The notes: generated by a model not told the origin, from the letters alone. 64,000 bases of DNA from an uncultured Pseudomonadota bacterium (GCA_949283535.1 CASDTC010000001.1:8540-72539), one strand, 5' to 3'; shown: positions 8,938-18,949, counted from the stretch's first letter. A program made the numbers and translations.

Positions 8938-9022
8938 TCGCGTTCTCTTTTTGTTATCGCGAGCCATCGCAGATGGCGTGGCGATCCAGTCATAATAAAG
9001 TCGCACGCAGTTGCGTGCGTGC
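8938..9022. repeat. Degenerate copy of the palindromic repeat family seen at 22.2 kb and 63.2-63.5 kb
   Basis: atcgcgag..cgtggcgatccagt matches the left arm of the 63294..63405 palindrome. It is followed by the hairpin cgcacgca-gt-tgcgtgcg. Confidence 0.45.
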
Positions 9023-9047
9023 ATAATTTTATGATATCGTTGTTGAT

Positions 9048-9671
9048 ATGAAAGAAAATCCAACATTTGATATAGAAAATAATTTAGGGTTTGATTTAAT
9101 CGCCGGTGTGGACGAGGTTGGGCGTGGTCCGCTGTGTGGGCCAGTCGTTGCGGCGGCGGTTATTTTCCCACGGCGTGATGTTGAAATTCCGGTTATTATT
9201 CGTGATTCAAAACAAATGACGCATAATATGCGCGGCGCGGCGTATGATTGGATTGTACATAATACGATTTGGGCGGCGGGGCAATGCAGTGCAGGGGAAA
9301 TTGATGAATTAAATATTTTAAATGCATCATTATTGGCAATGCGGCGGGCGGTTGAAAAATTGTCGTGTGTGCCGCAATTTTGCCTGGTTGACGGGAACAA
9401 ATTGCCGCCGGATTTGAATGGTATGGCGGTTGTAAAGGGTGATGCAAAATCGCTGTCTATTGCGGCGGCATCGATTGTTGCCAAGGAAACGCGTGATAAA
9501 ATCATGCATGATTTGGCGCGTCAATATCCGATGTATGCGTGGGATAAAAATGCGGGTTATCCAACCCCAGAACATTTGCGTGCCATCGAAAAATATGGTA
9601 TAAATCAGCATTATCGAAAAAGTTTTAAACCAATAAAAGAAAGGATTGAAGATGAAACTGCGCGGAATTGA
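9048..9671 (+). CDS. rnhB: Ribonuclease HII
   Basis: GVDEVGRGPLCGPVVAAAV, DSKQM and LVDGNKLP motifs. Confidence 0.9.
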   Translation: MKENPTFDIENNLGFDLIAGVDEVGRGPLCGPVVAAAVIFPRRDVEIPVIIRDSKQMTHNMRGAAYDWIVHNTIWAAGQCSAGEIDELNILNASLLAMRRAVEKLSCVPQFCLVDGNKLPPDLNGMAVVKGDAKSLSIAAASIVAKETRDKIMHDLARQYPMYAWDKNAGYPTPEHLRAIEKYGINQHYRKSFKPIKERIEDETARN

Positions 9672-10821
9672 AAACATTGATTTTCGTGGTAAATATGTTT
9701 TGTTGCGTGATGATTTTAATGTTCAAATTGTTGATGGAAAAATTACCGATGCATTCAGGATTCAGCAAAGTATGCCGACAATTAATGCATTGCGTAATGC
9801 GGGTGCGCGAATCGCAATTTGTGCGCACCTGGGGCGTCCAAAGGGCGCGCGTAATATGGCGTATTCATTGGCACCAGTCGCTGAATATATGAAAATCCCA
9901 TTAATCCCGGATTGCCTGGACAAAGATTTTATGAAAAATATGGCAGATGGTGATGTTGTCCTGTTGGAAAATGTTCGGTTCTATCCAGGGGAAGAAGCGA
10001 ATGATCCCGCGTTTGCAGCAAAGTTGGCAGATGGTTTTGATATTTTTGTAAATGATGCATTTGCAGTATCGCATCGTGCGCATGCCAGTACGGTTGGCGT
10101 TGCAGAAATACTGCCGTCATATGCGGGGAAATTATTGGCATCAGAAATTGAACATCTGTCGGCGGTAATGGAAAATCCGCGCCGTCCATTGTTGTCAATT
10201 GTCGCCGGCAGCAAGGTTTCAACAAAAATTGGCGTATTAAAAGCGTTGGCGAAATTGTCTGATAAATTAATTATTGGCGGCGCGCTGGGTACAACATTTA
10301 ACTATGCCATGGGGGGGCGCGTTGGAAATTCGCTGTATGAAGCAGACCAGAAAGATACAGCGCTGGAAATTTTGGAATATGCAAAACAGAATAATTGTGA
10401 AGTTTTGTTGCCGCTGGACAAGGGGGTTGCCAAAGAATTCAAACCAGATGCCGCCCGTACAAATAAAGATTTTACGGAAATCGAAGACGACGACATCATA
10501 ATTGATGCCGGCGAAAAAACAACACAGCGCGATGTTGCGGCGATTCGTTCGGCGGCAACAGTTATATGGAATGGAACTGTTGGTATGGCGGAATGGCAAC
10601 CAGTATGGTCATATGGTTCGTTTGCAATTGCACACGCAATCGCAGAACAAACCAAGGCAGGAAAACTGGAAAGTATTGTTGGTGGCGGTGATACGGTTGC
10701 AGCATTAGAGGCATGCGGTGTAAAATCGGATATCACATATGTTTCAACAGGCGGGGGGGCATTCTTGGAATTTATCGAAGGGCGTGTTTTGCCAGGAATT
10801 GCGATATTGGAAAGCAAATAA
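9652..10821 (+). CDS. pgk: Phosphoglycerate kinase
   Basis: The ATG at 9652 follows AAGGA; the track start at 9646 is TTG. Motifs are FRIQQSMPTINAL..HLGRPKG and GGGDTVAA..STGGGAFLEF. Confidence 0.95.
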   Translation: MKLRGIENIDFRGKYVLLRDDFNVQIVDGKITDAFRIQQSMPTINALRNAGARIAICAHLGRPKGARNMAYSLAPVAEYMKIPLIPDCLDKDFMKNMADGDVVLLENVRFYPGEEANDPAFAAKLADGFDIFVNDAFAVSHRAHASTVGVAEILPSYAGKLLASEIEHLSAVMENPRRPLLSIVAGSKVSTKIGVLKALAKLSDKLIIGGALGTTFNYAMGGRVGNSLYEADQKDTALEILEYAKQNNCEVLLPLDKGVAKEFKPDAARTNKDFTEIEDDDIIIDAGEKTTQRDVAAIRSAATVIWNGTVGMAEWQPVWSYGSFAIAHAIAEQTKAGKLESIVGGGDTVAALEACGVKSDITYVSTGGGAFLEFIEGRVLPGIAILESK

Positions 10822-10847
10822 AAATGGGGCAATCGCCCCATTTTTTT
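10820..10847 (+). terminator. Rho-independent terminator
   Basis: aaaaatggggc-aatc-gccccattttttt. Confidence 0.85.
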
Positions 10848-10884
10848 GTGGTCATCAAATTATAAAAATGTTTTGTCATAGAAT

Positions 10885-10916
10885 AAAAAAATCCCACCAG
10901 TTGGTGGGATTTTTTA
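10885..10916. terminator. Bidirectional terminator (serves the minus-strand dsbA-like gene)
   Basis: aaaaaaatcccaccagttggtgggattttttat. Confidence 0.8.
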
Positions 10917-10932
10917 TTGTTCAGACGAATTA

Positions 10933-11766
10933 TTATTCCGCTTCGTCCAATGCCGATTCGATTTGATCAGCCGGGATTGCGCCTGGGAACGCTTTTTCAC
11001 CGATAATCAAGAACGGTGTTCCGCTGATTTCAAAACGCTGTGCCAAATCGCGAACATTTCTTAATTCACGGGCAACAACTTCGCCATCCATATCTTTTTT
11101 CAACTGTTCTGTATCCAGACCAGCTTCTTTTGCGAATTTCATAACATTTTCTTCGACTTTATCAGCCAATGTTGATTGGTCTTTCAGGTCATCTTGTGTA
11201 TAGAATTCGCGTGTCATTAACATATTTGTTAATTCGGCTGCCTTTGCAGGATCTTGCATATTTGCAGCAATAACTGCGCGTGCCGGACCATCTGATAATG
11301 GACCATGGATAGAGAAGTTCTTTATAACAACGCGTGTGTCATCGCGATCTGCCAATACGCGTTCGATTTCACCATGTACGCGGCGGCAATATGGGCAAGA
11401 GAAGTCTGTCCAAACATAGATTGTCTTTTTCGCGTCACGATTTCCCAAAACTGGGGCATCACGCATCATTTTATCGCCGTCGGAACGAACATATTTACGA
11501 ATTTGTTTGTTCTTTTCAGCCTGTTGCTGTTCTTGCATGCCGTTGACCATTTCCTGAACGATTGCCGGGTTAACAGCAGTCAGGTAATATGGCATGTACA
11601 TGCGGCACATGCTGCCTGAAATCAGGATAATTGCAATTACTGCAATGCATTTGTTTGCAACAATTTTTCCAGCAGATGGATTTTTTGCATCGCCCTTTGG
11701 CAGCAGCATGCCACCAAACAGAAACAGCAGAACACCAACCACCAGAACCAATATTGTCCAAGTCAT
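10933..11766 (-). CDS. Membrane-anchored DsbA-family thiol:disulfide oxidoreductase
   Basis: Strong RBS AAGGAG; two N-terminal hydrophobic segments; thioredoxin-fold active site WTDFSCPYCRRVH. Confidence 0.8.
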   Translation of the reverse strand: MTWTILVLVVGVLLFLFGGMLLPKGDAKNPSAGKIVANKCIAVIAIILISGSMCRMYMPYYLTAVNPAIVQEMVNGMQEQQQAEKNKQIRKYVRSDGDKMMRDAPVLGNRDAKKTIYVWTDFSCPYCRRVHGEIERVLADRDDTRVVIKNFSIHGPLSDGPARAVIAANMQDPAKAAELTNMLMTREFYTQDDLKDQSTLADKVEENVMKFAKEAGLDTEQLKKDMDGEVVARELRNVRDLAQRFEISGTPFLIIGEKAFPGAIPADQIESALDEAE

Positions 11767-11842
11767 AGTTTTCTCCTTTGTCTGTTGAACAAGTGAAGAA
11801 TACTGAAAAAAAACAAATGGCGCAAGGAATAAATAAATATTT

Positions 11843-12505
11843 TTACAATGATTGAATCGATGTTAATAACCGCCGGGCAAGTGGAATTTCAGCGCCCTGG
11901 GATACGCATATATGTTCAATGAATTTGCGTGTTATATCTAAATCCAATGGCATTTTATATAATTTATTTGCATATGGCGCGCCACATGTGGCACATACTG
12001 CGCGTCCTGTACGTGGCGATATGTATTCCAGATTTTCGTGTGTGCCACACCCAGAACATGCAGATAAATTTAAACCGTATCCCATTTCGCGCAGTAATTC
12101 TGTTTCCCAATCCAGATACGCGTGTGTTGCATTTGTGGTGGATAGTTTGTCCATTAAAGCAATTGTGGCATTGTACATGTGTGGATATCGTTCGCGTTCA
12201 GGCAACATTGTTGATACAAGTGCAAATGCGCTGTTCATCATGCCCAGTGCATGCGGCGATGTCATTAATGCTGATGCCATGTTTCTTTCTGGTTCCCAAT
12301 GAAATGTCCCCAGTTGTGTGTCCAAGCGGGCATTCCATGCCATTGTGCCAAATTGCCCAACCAGTGGGCGATTTTTTTTTGCAATTTGGGCGGCGCGCAT
12401 TACACCACATATAACGCCAAAATCGGGGGTAAATATTCGGGCAACCGAATCGCGTTCGCCAATTGGGCGCATGTTTATTAAAATTCCAACAGATTCCAGT
12501 TTCAT
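11843..12505 (-). CDS. recO: DNA repair protein RecO
   Basis: N-terminal OB-like MKLESVGILINMRPIGERDSVARIFT and a Cys4 cluster CSGCG..CATCG. Confidence 0.85.
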   Translation of the reverse strand: MKLESVGILINMRPIGERDSVARIFTPDFGVICGVMRAAQIAKKNRPLVGQFGTMAWNARLDTQLGTFHWEPERNMASALMTSPHALGMMNSAFALVSTMLPERERYPHMYNATIALMDKLSTTNATHAYLDWETELLREMGYGLNLSACSGCGTHENLEYISPRTGRAVCATCGAPYANKLYKMPLDLDITRKFIEHICVSQGAEIPLARRLLTSIQSL

Positions 12506-12559
12506 GTTCCCATGAATTATATATTTATATGCATAAAAAGTTTATGAAAAAATGTAAAA

Positions 12560-14302
12560 CTAAATTGCCATGCGATTTGCAATTTGTTGTTGGACATATT
12601 CATCTTCGCTGTTATACAGTGGCCATTGTGATTCAGCCAGTTCACGCATTGTTGTTAATGGTTGGTCCAATCGAGCGCGGTACAACCACATATTTGACAT
12701 AACGCGTTTTATATAACTGCGGGTTTCATATGTTGGAAAGCTTTCAATATATAATAATGGGTCATATGTTTGGAACATTTTTTCAAATTCAACCATTGTT
12801 CCCATGCCGGCATTGTATGCCGCCAACATTTTTATTATGTTATTTTTTATGTTTGGGTGTGCCAGCAAATCAACAATGTATTGTTGACCCAAGAACATAT
12901 TGTGTTCTGGGTTTTGCATGTCGATTTCAGACATATCAACCTTATTCTCGCGGGCAACGCGTTTTGCGGTTCCTGGCATAATTTGCATTAATCCATTTGC
13001 GCCTGCGCCAGATTTTGCATTTGTGCGGAATCCACTTTCTTGTTTTGTTATTGCCAATAATAATGCACGGTCAATTGACCAGCCACCCATTGGTTCCCAA
13101 TCAGGCAATGGATATTGCGCAGAATAAATAATATCATCGTCAATTTCCAAAATACCGCGGTCTTGGATTAAACTGGATGCCTGGATTGATACACGGGGCA
13201 GACCGTATGCAGATGCAACCGAATTAATCGCGTGTAATGTGCGGTCGGATACTTTTGCCGTTATCATATATTTCAAATATAATTCAGCGCGATCTTTTTG
13301 ACCAACCTGTAACAGTCCCAGTGCAATTTTGCCGTATTTAGTTTCACGCAGTTCGTCAATGTCTTCATCTGTACAATCTTGTTCAAAAAATTCATATTTT
13401 GGGGTGTGGCCCAACATTACAGATGCCAATGCGCCATAAAATGCCATTGGATGAGTGGCGGCAATTTGCCAATATTTTTTTGCATCGCTGCGATTACCAT
13501 TCGCGTCGGCGGCACGACCCGCCCAGAATGCGGCTTCGGTCTTGCGGGCATTGTTTATTTGGTCTAAATCTAGTATTGCACTGAAATATTTTTCACTTTC
13601 TTTAAATTTTTCTTCTTTGTAATACAGCAATCCCATTGCCCACAGACCGTATTCTGATTTTGCGTCCGCGGCAACAAATCCCCATTTCTTTGCCAGTTCA
13701 AATTCACCATTTGTATAGTATATAAATGACAAGCGACCCGCCAGACGACCATAATCAGATTCGGTTAATTTGCGTTTAAATGATGAATCTTCCAGTATTA
13801 ATCGGGCGCGTTTTGTCGAACCACTGCGTATGGCGCGTTTGAATTGTGTTATCTTTTTTTCTGTATCGCCGGTATATTTTTTTGCAGTCCATGTTTCTGA
13901 TTGGGCGGTTTCAATTGATGCGCCACCACTGATTGTGCGTGGAATGTATGCCTTGCGAACAGTTGCTTGTTTGATTTTTGCCAATTTGACCATTCTGTCG
14001 GCACCCGGCATGTCATAATATTTTTCCATCCATGCGGTCAGTTCTTTGCCGCGTGTCCGATATGTGTCAGATATGTATCGTTGATATAATACTTCATTCA
14101 TTAACAGTGGGTCGTTTAATTGCTTTTCCAGTTTTTGCGCCGCACTGATTTCTTCTTCGCGTTGTAATAAAAATATTTGTTCGTACAGGCTGGCATCACC
14201 GTCAGCCAATACATCGATTGTTGGCGCGTCTGATGCGAATGCACCAAACGGCAACAATATTGCTATTAAAAATGTGAATATTTTTTTCATGATTATGTTC
14301 AA
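12560..14302 (-). CDS. Soluble lytic murein transglycosylase (Slt70-like)
   Basis: Signal peptide MKKIFTFLIAILLPFGAFA (alternative start at 14290), a superhelical repeat region, and the catalytic motif LLAITKQESGFRTNAKSGAGANGLMQIMPGTA. Confidence 0.85.
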   Translation of the reverse strand: MNIIMKKIFTFLIAILLPFGAFASDAPTIDVLADGDASLYEQIFLLQREEEISAAQKLEKQLNDPLLMNEVLYQRYISDTYRTRGKELTAWMEKYYDMPGADRMVKLAKIKQATVRKAYIPRTISGGASIETAQSETWTAKKYTGDTEKKITQFKRAIRSGSTKRARLILEDSSFKRKLTESDYGRLAGRLSFIYYTNGEFELAKKWGFVAADAKSEYGLWAMGLLYYKEEKFKESEKYFSAILDLDQINNARKTEAAFWAGRAADANGNRSDAKKYWQIAATHPMAFYGALASVMLGHTPKYEFFEQDCTDEDIDELRETKYGKIALGLLQVGQKDRAELYLKYMITAKVSDRTLHAINSVASAYGLPRVSIQASSLIQDRGILEIDDDIIYSAQYPLPDWEPMGGWSIDRALLLAITKQESGFRTNAKSGAGANGLMQIMPGTAKRVARENKVDMSEIDMQNPEHNMFLGQQYIVDLLAHPNIKNNIIKMLAAYNAGMGTMVEFEKMFQTYDPLLYIESFPTYETRSYIKRVMSNMWLYRARLDQPLTTMRELAESQWPLYNSEDEYVQQQIANRMAI

Positions 14303-14805
14303 AATAGTGATGTTTTTTGCAGCTGGGGGGCAGTTATGTTATCGTCTGTGGCTGCTTCTGGGATTTGGGCAATTATTTTTTTAAAATCAGAAATACGCGA
14401 AAATTTACGATATACTGATACAAATCGCACAAATGCAATTGGATCCAAGTTTAATAATGAATCAGACACCATTTGCCCAACCAATACACTGCTGACCGTG
14501 TCATCAGCGGTTTCTGTTTCCAGTCTGCGGTGGATAGATGTTACAAGTTTTTCAATTTGTTCGTCCCCGACATCGCGATTACGGCATGCCAGTTGTATGC
14601 TGCGCCGTAATTTTTCGCGATCAAATGGTTCCAGTTTCCCACTGTTTTTACGCACCATTAAATCACGCATTTGTACGCGTTCAACCGTTGTGAATTTTGC
14701 ACCACATTGGTTGCATACCCGGCGACGCCGAATAATCGCATCTTCGGTATCAGGGCGGGAATCTGTTACCCGGCTGTCAGTAGAATTACAATACGGACAT
14801 CTCAT
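14299..14805 (-). CDS. nrdR: Transcriptional repressor NrdR
   Basis: MRCPYCNSTDSRVTDSR..CNQCGAKFTTVERV zinc ribbon plus an ATP-cone. Confidence 0.95.
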   Translation of the reverse strand: MRCPYCNSTDSRVTDSRPDTEDAIIRRRRVCNQCGAKFTTVERVQMRDLMVRKNSGKLEPFDREKLRRSIQLACRNRDVGDEQIEKLVTSIHRRLETETADDTVSSVLVGQMVSDSLLNLDPIAFVRFVSVYRKFSRISDFKKIIAQIPEAATDDNITAPQLQKTSLF

Positions 14806-14980
14806 ACGCTATACGGTAGCAGTCAAAAATCCAACTGTAAAGCAGAATTTGCAAATGGGCTGTTGGGGGAAAAATTGCTTTTTTATAAAAATCAAGTGTT
14901 TTATTTGCGGTCGATCTTGCTGGCGCGGCTTTTTAATAGGGTGATTTTATGATAAAATATGTTCTGAGATTCAGAGAGAG

Positions 14981-16081
14981 ATGGAAAAATACTTAAACCA
15001 GATTTTGACCGGCGATTGTATAGAAATCATGCGTGGTATCCCAGATGCATCTGTTGATGCGGTATTTGCGGATTCACCATATAATTTACAATTGGGGGCG
15101 AAAACTTTATATAGACCCGAAGATCAAACCGCTGCGCGTGCGGTTCGTGATGCATGGGACGCATTTGACAGCCCGGCGGCATATGATGAATTTACGCGCC
15201 AGTGGTTGGCACAGTGCAAGCGGGTGTTGAAACCTGATGGGGCAATGTGGGTAATTGGCAGTTATCATAACATATTCCGTGTTGGGGCGATATTGCAAGA
15301 TTTGGGCTTTTGGATTTTGAATGATATTGTTTGGGTGAAAACAAATCCTATGCCTAATTTCCGGGGGACGCGTTTTACAAATGCACATGAAACATTGATT
15401 TGGGCGACCCCGCGTAAAACAGGTAAATATACATTTAATTATGAAACGATGAAGCGTTTGAATGGTGGTAAACAAATGCGTTCAGACTGGAATATAAATA
15501 TTTGCCTGGGGGAAGAACGGGTAAAAGATAAAAACGGTAAAAGTTTGCATAATACGCAAAAACCAATGGATTTATTGCGCCGGGTGATTCTGGCATCGAC
15601 CAAGCAGGGCGATGTTATTCTGGATCCGTTCTTGGGCAGCGGTACCACCGCAGCGGTTGCCAAAGAGTTAGGGCGCAATTTTATTGGTATTGAACGCGAA
15701 GAATCATATGTCGCGGCGGCACGGGCGCGTGTTGATGCAATTCAACCAATTGATTTGTCAGAAATAGAGGTTGCTACACCAAAACGGGCAGAAGTTCGTG
15801 TTGCGTTCAAGGAATTAATAGAGGCAGGGCTGTTATATGTTGGACAAACATTAGTTAGCCCGCGCGGCGAACGCGTCATGATTACCCGTGATGGGCAATT
15901 GGTTCATTCATTGCATGGCAAGGCGTCCATTCATGTTATGGCGGCGCGCCTGCAACATTGTGTCAGCTTTAACGGTTGGGATTACTGGTCGGCGGAAAAG
16001 CGCGATGGGTCATTGGTGCCAATTGATGAATTGCGCAGCTATGTGCGTAATGTTAAACGCAATATAAAGCAGGCAGCGTAA
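14981..16081 (+). CDS. ccrM: CcrM-type (beta-class) N6-adenine DNA methyltransferase, motif IV reads DSPY
   Basis: VFADSPYNL sits N-terminal to DPFLGSGTTAAVAKELGRNFIGIE. A roughly 90-aa C-terminal extension is typical of CcrM. Confidence 0.8.
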   Translation: MEKYLNQILTGDCIEIMRGIPDASVDAVFADSPYNLQLGAKTLYRPEDQTAARAVRDAWDAFDSPAAYDEFTRQWLAQCKRVLKPDGAMWVIGSYHNIFRVGAILQDLGFWILNDIVWVKTNPMPNFRGTRFTNAHETLIWATPRKTGKYTFNYETMKRLNGGKQMRSDWNINICLGEERVKDKNGKSLHNTQKPMDLLRRVILASTKQGDVILDPFLGSGTTAAVAKELGRNFIGIEREESYVAAARARVDAIQPIDLSEIEVATPKRAEVRVAFKELIEAGLLYVGQTLVSPRGERVMITRDGQLVHSLHGKASIHVMAARLQHCVSFNGWDYWSAEKRDGSLVPIDELRSYVRNVKRNIKQAA

Positions 16082-16110
16082 AAAATGTCCATATGGACAT
16101 TTTTTATTTT
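16080..16110. terminator. Bidirectional terminator
   Basis: aaaaaatgtccatatggacatttttta. Confidence 0.8.
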
Positions 16111-16484
16111 GTTTTCTGAAACAGTGCGGCAATTTGTGAACGGATTGCCGGGAAAAAATGGTTGCTTTGGCGGTTTTGGGTTGTGTATGCTGTATCTTCG
16201 GCGGTATCAACGATATAGCGTTCATAATCATAAGAAGGTGAATCTTCGTCTGGTGTTAAATCATATAAATATGCCGCGATTTCTGTTAATAATTGTTCGT
16301 TTCGTATACGATTTAATCGAATTTCAGATTCCAATGAAACAGATTCCCCATTGTATTTAGATAACAGTTTTAACAGATTTGTTTTATATTCTGTTTGTGC
16401 GTTTGATGCGCGATATGCCATCATGATAATTTTTATATTTGCAATTATTCGTTCGCGTTCAATAATACGAAATCCTGGTGTCAT
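16104..16484 (-). CDS. Hypothetical protein (126 aa)
   Basis: It is the only long ORF in this gap and ends at the bidirectional terminator. No recognisable motif. Confidence 0.45.
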   Translation of the reverse strand: MTPGFRIIERERIIANIKIIMMAYRASNAQTEYKTNLLKLLSKYNGESVSLESEIRLNRIRNEQLLTEIAAYLYDLTPDEDSPSYDYERYIVDTAEDTAYTTQNRQSNHFFPAIRSQIAALFQKTK

Positions 16485-16554
16485 TTATTGTCCCTATGTT
16501 TTTTAGCTGGCAGATGGTATCACACAAGTATTTTTTGTCAAATATCTTTTGCAT

Positions 16555-16582
16555 CTTGTTTTTTGCGAATGCGTACCTATAT
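16555..16582 (+). promoter_or_regulatory. Candidate sigma32 (RpoH)-type promoter upstream of clpP
   Basis: CTTG-N17-CCTATAT fits the alphaproteobacterial heat-shock consensus CTTG-N17-CYTATNT. Confidence 0.35.
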
Positions 16583-16652
16583 ACATGATAAATTCGCGAA
16601 TCGGGTTTTTGTATGATATAGTTTTATTTGTAAAAAAAGTGAGGATTTAATT

Positions 16653-17234
16653 ATGGCTTTAATACCAATGGTTATAGAAGAATCGCCGCGTGGGGAAAGA
16701 TCCTTTGATATTTATTCCAGATTATTACGCGACAGAATTGTTATGGTAAATGGGCAGATTGAACCAAATATGGCAAATTCTGTTGTCGCACAATTGTTAT
16801 TTTTAGAATCTGAAAATCCAAATGCTGATATTTCTATGTATATTAATTCGCCGGGTGGTGATGTGTCTGCGGGATGGGCGATTATGGATACGATGCAATA
16901 TATAAAATCGCCAGTATCAACGATTGGTATGGGATTGGTTGCATCAATGGGATCTGTATTATTGGCGGCGGGTGAAAAGGGAAAGCGGTTTGTTTTACCG
17001 AATACTCAAATTATGATTCACCAGCCAATGGCGGGTGCCGAAGGGCAAATTACAGATATGGAAATCCGCATGGCACAATATCAGAAAAATAAAAAGACAC
17101 TGATTAAGCAAATGGCGGAATTTACTGGGCGCAAAGAAAAAGAATTATTCGAAGCAATGGAACGCGATAATTGGATGTGTCCAGCAGAAGCCAAAGATTT
17201 CGGATTGATTGATGGCATTTTGACAAGAAAATAA
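16653..17234 (+). CDS. clpP: ATP-dependent Clp protease proteolytic subunit
   Basis: [36 protein letters not shown]. Confidence 0.95.
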   Translation: MALIPMVIEESPRGERSFDIYSRLLRDRIVMVNGQIEPNMANSVVAQLLFLESENPNADISMYINSPGGDVSAGWAIMDTMQYIKSPVSTIGMGLVASMGSVLLAAGEKGKRFVLPNTQIMIHQPMAGAEGQITDMEIRMAQYQKNKKTLIKQMAEFTGRKEKELFEAMERDNWMCPAEAKDFGLIDGILTRK

Positions 17235-17268
17235 ATTTTATCCAATGTGTTAATTCAGGGATGATATT

Positions 17269-18546
17269 ATGAGTGACGATAAAATAAATTCATCGGATGA
17301 AAAGCATGAAAATGCGGCAGCACCACAGTTTTGCAGTTTTTGTGGCAAGGCTGTATATGAAGTAAAAAAACTGGTCAGTGGGCGTAATGTTTGTATTTGT
17401 GATGAATGTATAAATCTGTGTAACGATATTATGGCAGATGATATGCGTCGTGATGCTGATGGTGCACGTGCGAAACTGCCAACACCGCATCAGATATATA
17501 ACTATTTAAACGATTATATCGTTGGGCAAGATTATGCAAAACGCACTTTGTCCGTTGCCGTATATAATCACTATAAGCGGCACAGTGTTGCAGATACTGC
17601 CAAGGTTGAAATCCAGAAATCAAATGTATTATTAATTGGTCCAACGGGAACGGGAAAAACATTGTTTGCCCAGACATTGGCGCGGATTCTGGATGTGCCG
17701 TTTGCAATTGCAGATGCCACCACATTGACCGAGGCTGGATATGTTGGTGATGATGTTGAAAGTGTTTTAACGCGGTTATTACAAAATGCGAATTTTGATG
17801 TCGAACGCGCAGGACGCGGAATCATATATATCGATGAAATTGATAAAATTGCGCGTAAATCTGAAAATCCGTCGTTGACACGCGATGTTTCTGGCGAAGG
17901 GGTGCAACAGGCATTATTAAAACTGGTCGAAGGCACGGTTGCGAATGTCCCAGCTGGTGGGGCAGGGCGCAAGCACCCGGGCGAGGCGACCGTTCAATTA
18001 GATACAACCAAGATTTTATTTATATGTGGCGGTGCATTTGACGGCTTGAACAAGATTATTGGTTCGCGTAAAAATGCGCGTGCGGGTATCGGTTTTGGTG
18101 CAAATGTTGAATCAAAGAAAGATCGCGAATCTAAAAATTACCTGGACGATGTTCAACCCGAAGATTTGGTTAAATTTGGCATTATTCCAGAACTGGTTGG
18201 GCGTTTACCAGTCATTACAACATTACAGGATTTAGATGAAGATGCGCTGGTCAAAATACTGACAGAACCCAAGAATGCGATTGTAAAGCAGTATGCAGCA
18301 ATGTTGGAATTGGATGGCGTAAAACTGACAATCACTGATGATGGTCTGCGTGAAATTGCAAAAATGGCGGTTGCGCGCAAGACGGGGGCGCGTGGATTGC
18401 GCAGCATATTGGAAAAAATATTACTGCAACCAATGTTTGATGCCCCAGATAATGATGAATTGGCAGAAATCGTTATTGATAAAAATGTGGTTTCTGGTAA
18501 AAAGCCACCTGTTGAAATATTGCGCGATGCAAAAAAGGTCGCGTAA
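17269..18546 (+). CDS. clpX: ATP-dependent Clp protease ATP-binding subunit ClpX
   Basis: Zinc finger CSFCGK..CICDEC, Walker A GPTGTGKT, and [10 protein letters not shown]. Confidence 0.95.
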   Translation: MSDDKINSSDEKHENAAAPQFCSFCGKAVYEVKKLVSGRNVCICDECINLCNDIMADDMRRDADGARAKLPTPHQIYNYLNDYIVGQDYAKRTLSVAVYNHYKRHSVADTAKVEIQKSNVLLIGPTGTGKTLFAQTLARILDVPFAIADATTLTEAGYVGDDVESVLTRLLQNANFDVERAGRGIIYIDEIDKIARKSENPSLTRDVSGEGVQQALLKLVEGTVANVPAGGAGRKHPGEATVQLDTTKILFICGGAFDGLNKIIGSRKNARAGIGFGANVESKKDRESKNYLDDVQPEDLVKFGIIPELVGRLPVITTLQDLDEDALVKILTEPKNAIVKQYAAMLELDGVKLTITDDGLREIAKMAVARKTGARGLRSILEKILLQPMFDAPDNDELAEIVIDKNVVSGKKPPVEILRDAKKVA

Positions 18547-18574
18547 AAAATCCGCCATAATGGCGGATTTTTTG
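18545..18574 (+). terminator. Rho-independent terminator of clpX
   Basis: aaaaaatccgcca-taa-tggcggatttttt. Confidence 0.85.
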
Positions 18575-18919
18575 TTAATTCATATTTATACCAGTGCAGG
18601 CACAGGATCTTGTACATTAACACCGCAGAGTCAATATAGGTGTAATCGTGGATATTATGGAAATGCACGGGTTAGTGGTTCGTATTATTCAGGATGTAAT
18701 CAATGTCCAACGGTGGAAAGTACAGGGTTAGAAATTGTTAGTAATCCTACAGATTATGGTGTTGTAAGTAGTATTGCTGGCGCGACCAGTATATCACAAT
18801 GCTATGCAAGCAATTGTGGTTATGATTGCTTGGTTGTATTTAATGATGGCACGGGGGATTTTAGTTGGACATGGGATGACGCAACCGAAGGCGAAGGAAA
18901 GTGTAATTATGGTAATTAA
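18560..18919 (+). pseudogene. Orphan C-terminal fragment of a CxxCP/GYY cysteine-rich protein (paralog of 4172..4951)
   Basis: CNRGYYGN..GCNQCP..AGATSISQCYA..KCNYGN aligns with the C-terminal half of the 4172..4951 product. The first usable ATG lies in the loop of the clpX terminator, and there is no signal peptide. Confidence 0.4.
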
Positions 18920-18949
18920 AAAATGTGGGATTAAATCCCACATTTTTTT
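18918..18949. terminator. Bidirectional terminator
   Basis: aaaaaatgtggga-ttaaa-tcccacattttttt. Confidence 0.8.

Noticed and set aside
14336-14944. A 202-aa plus-strand ORF.
   Set aside because: It lies entirely antisense to the well-supported nrdR gene, has no RBS, and its Ser/Arg-rich shadow composition is typical of an antisense frame.
18338-18559. An N-terminal extension of the Cys-repeat fragment ORF as given in the ORF track.
   Set aside because: This part overlaps the 3' end of clpX in another frame and shows no family similarity. Only the part after the clpX stop resembles the paralog.
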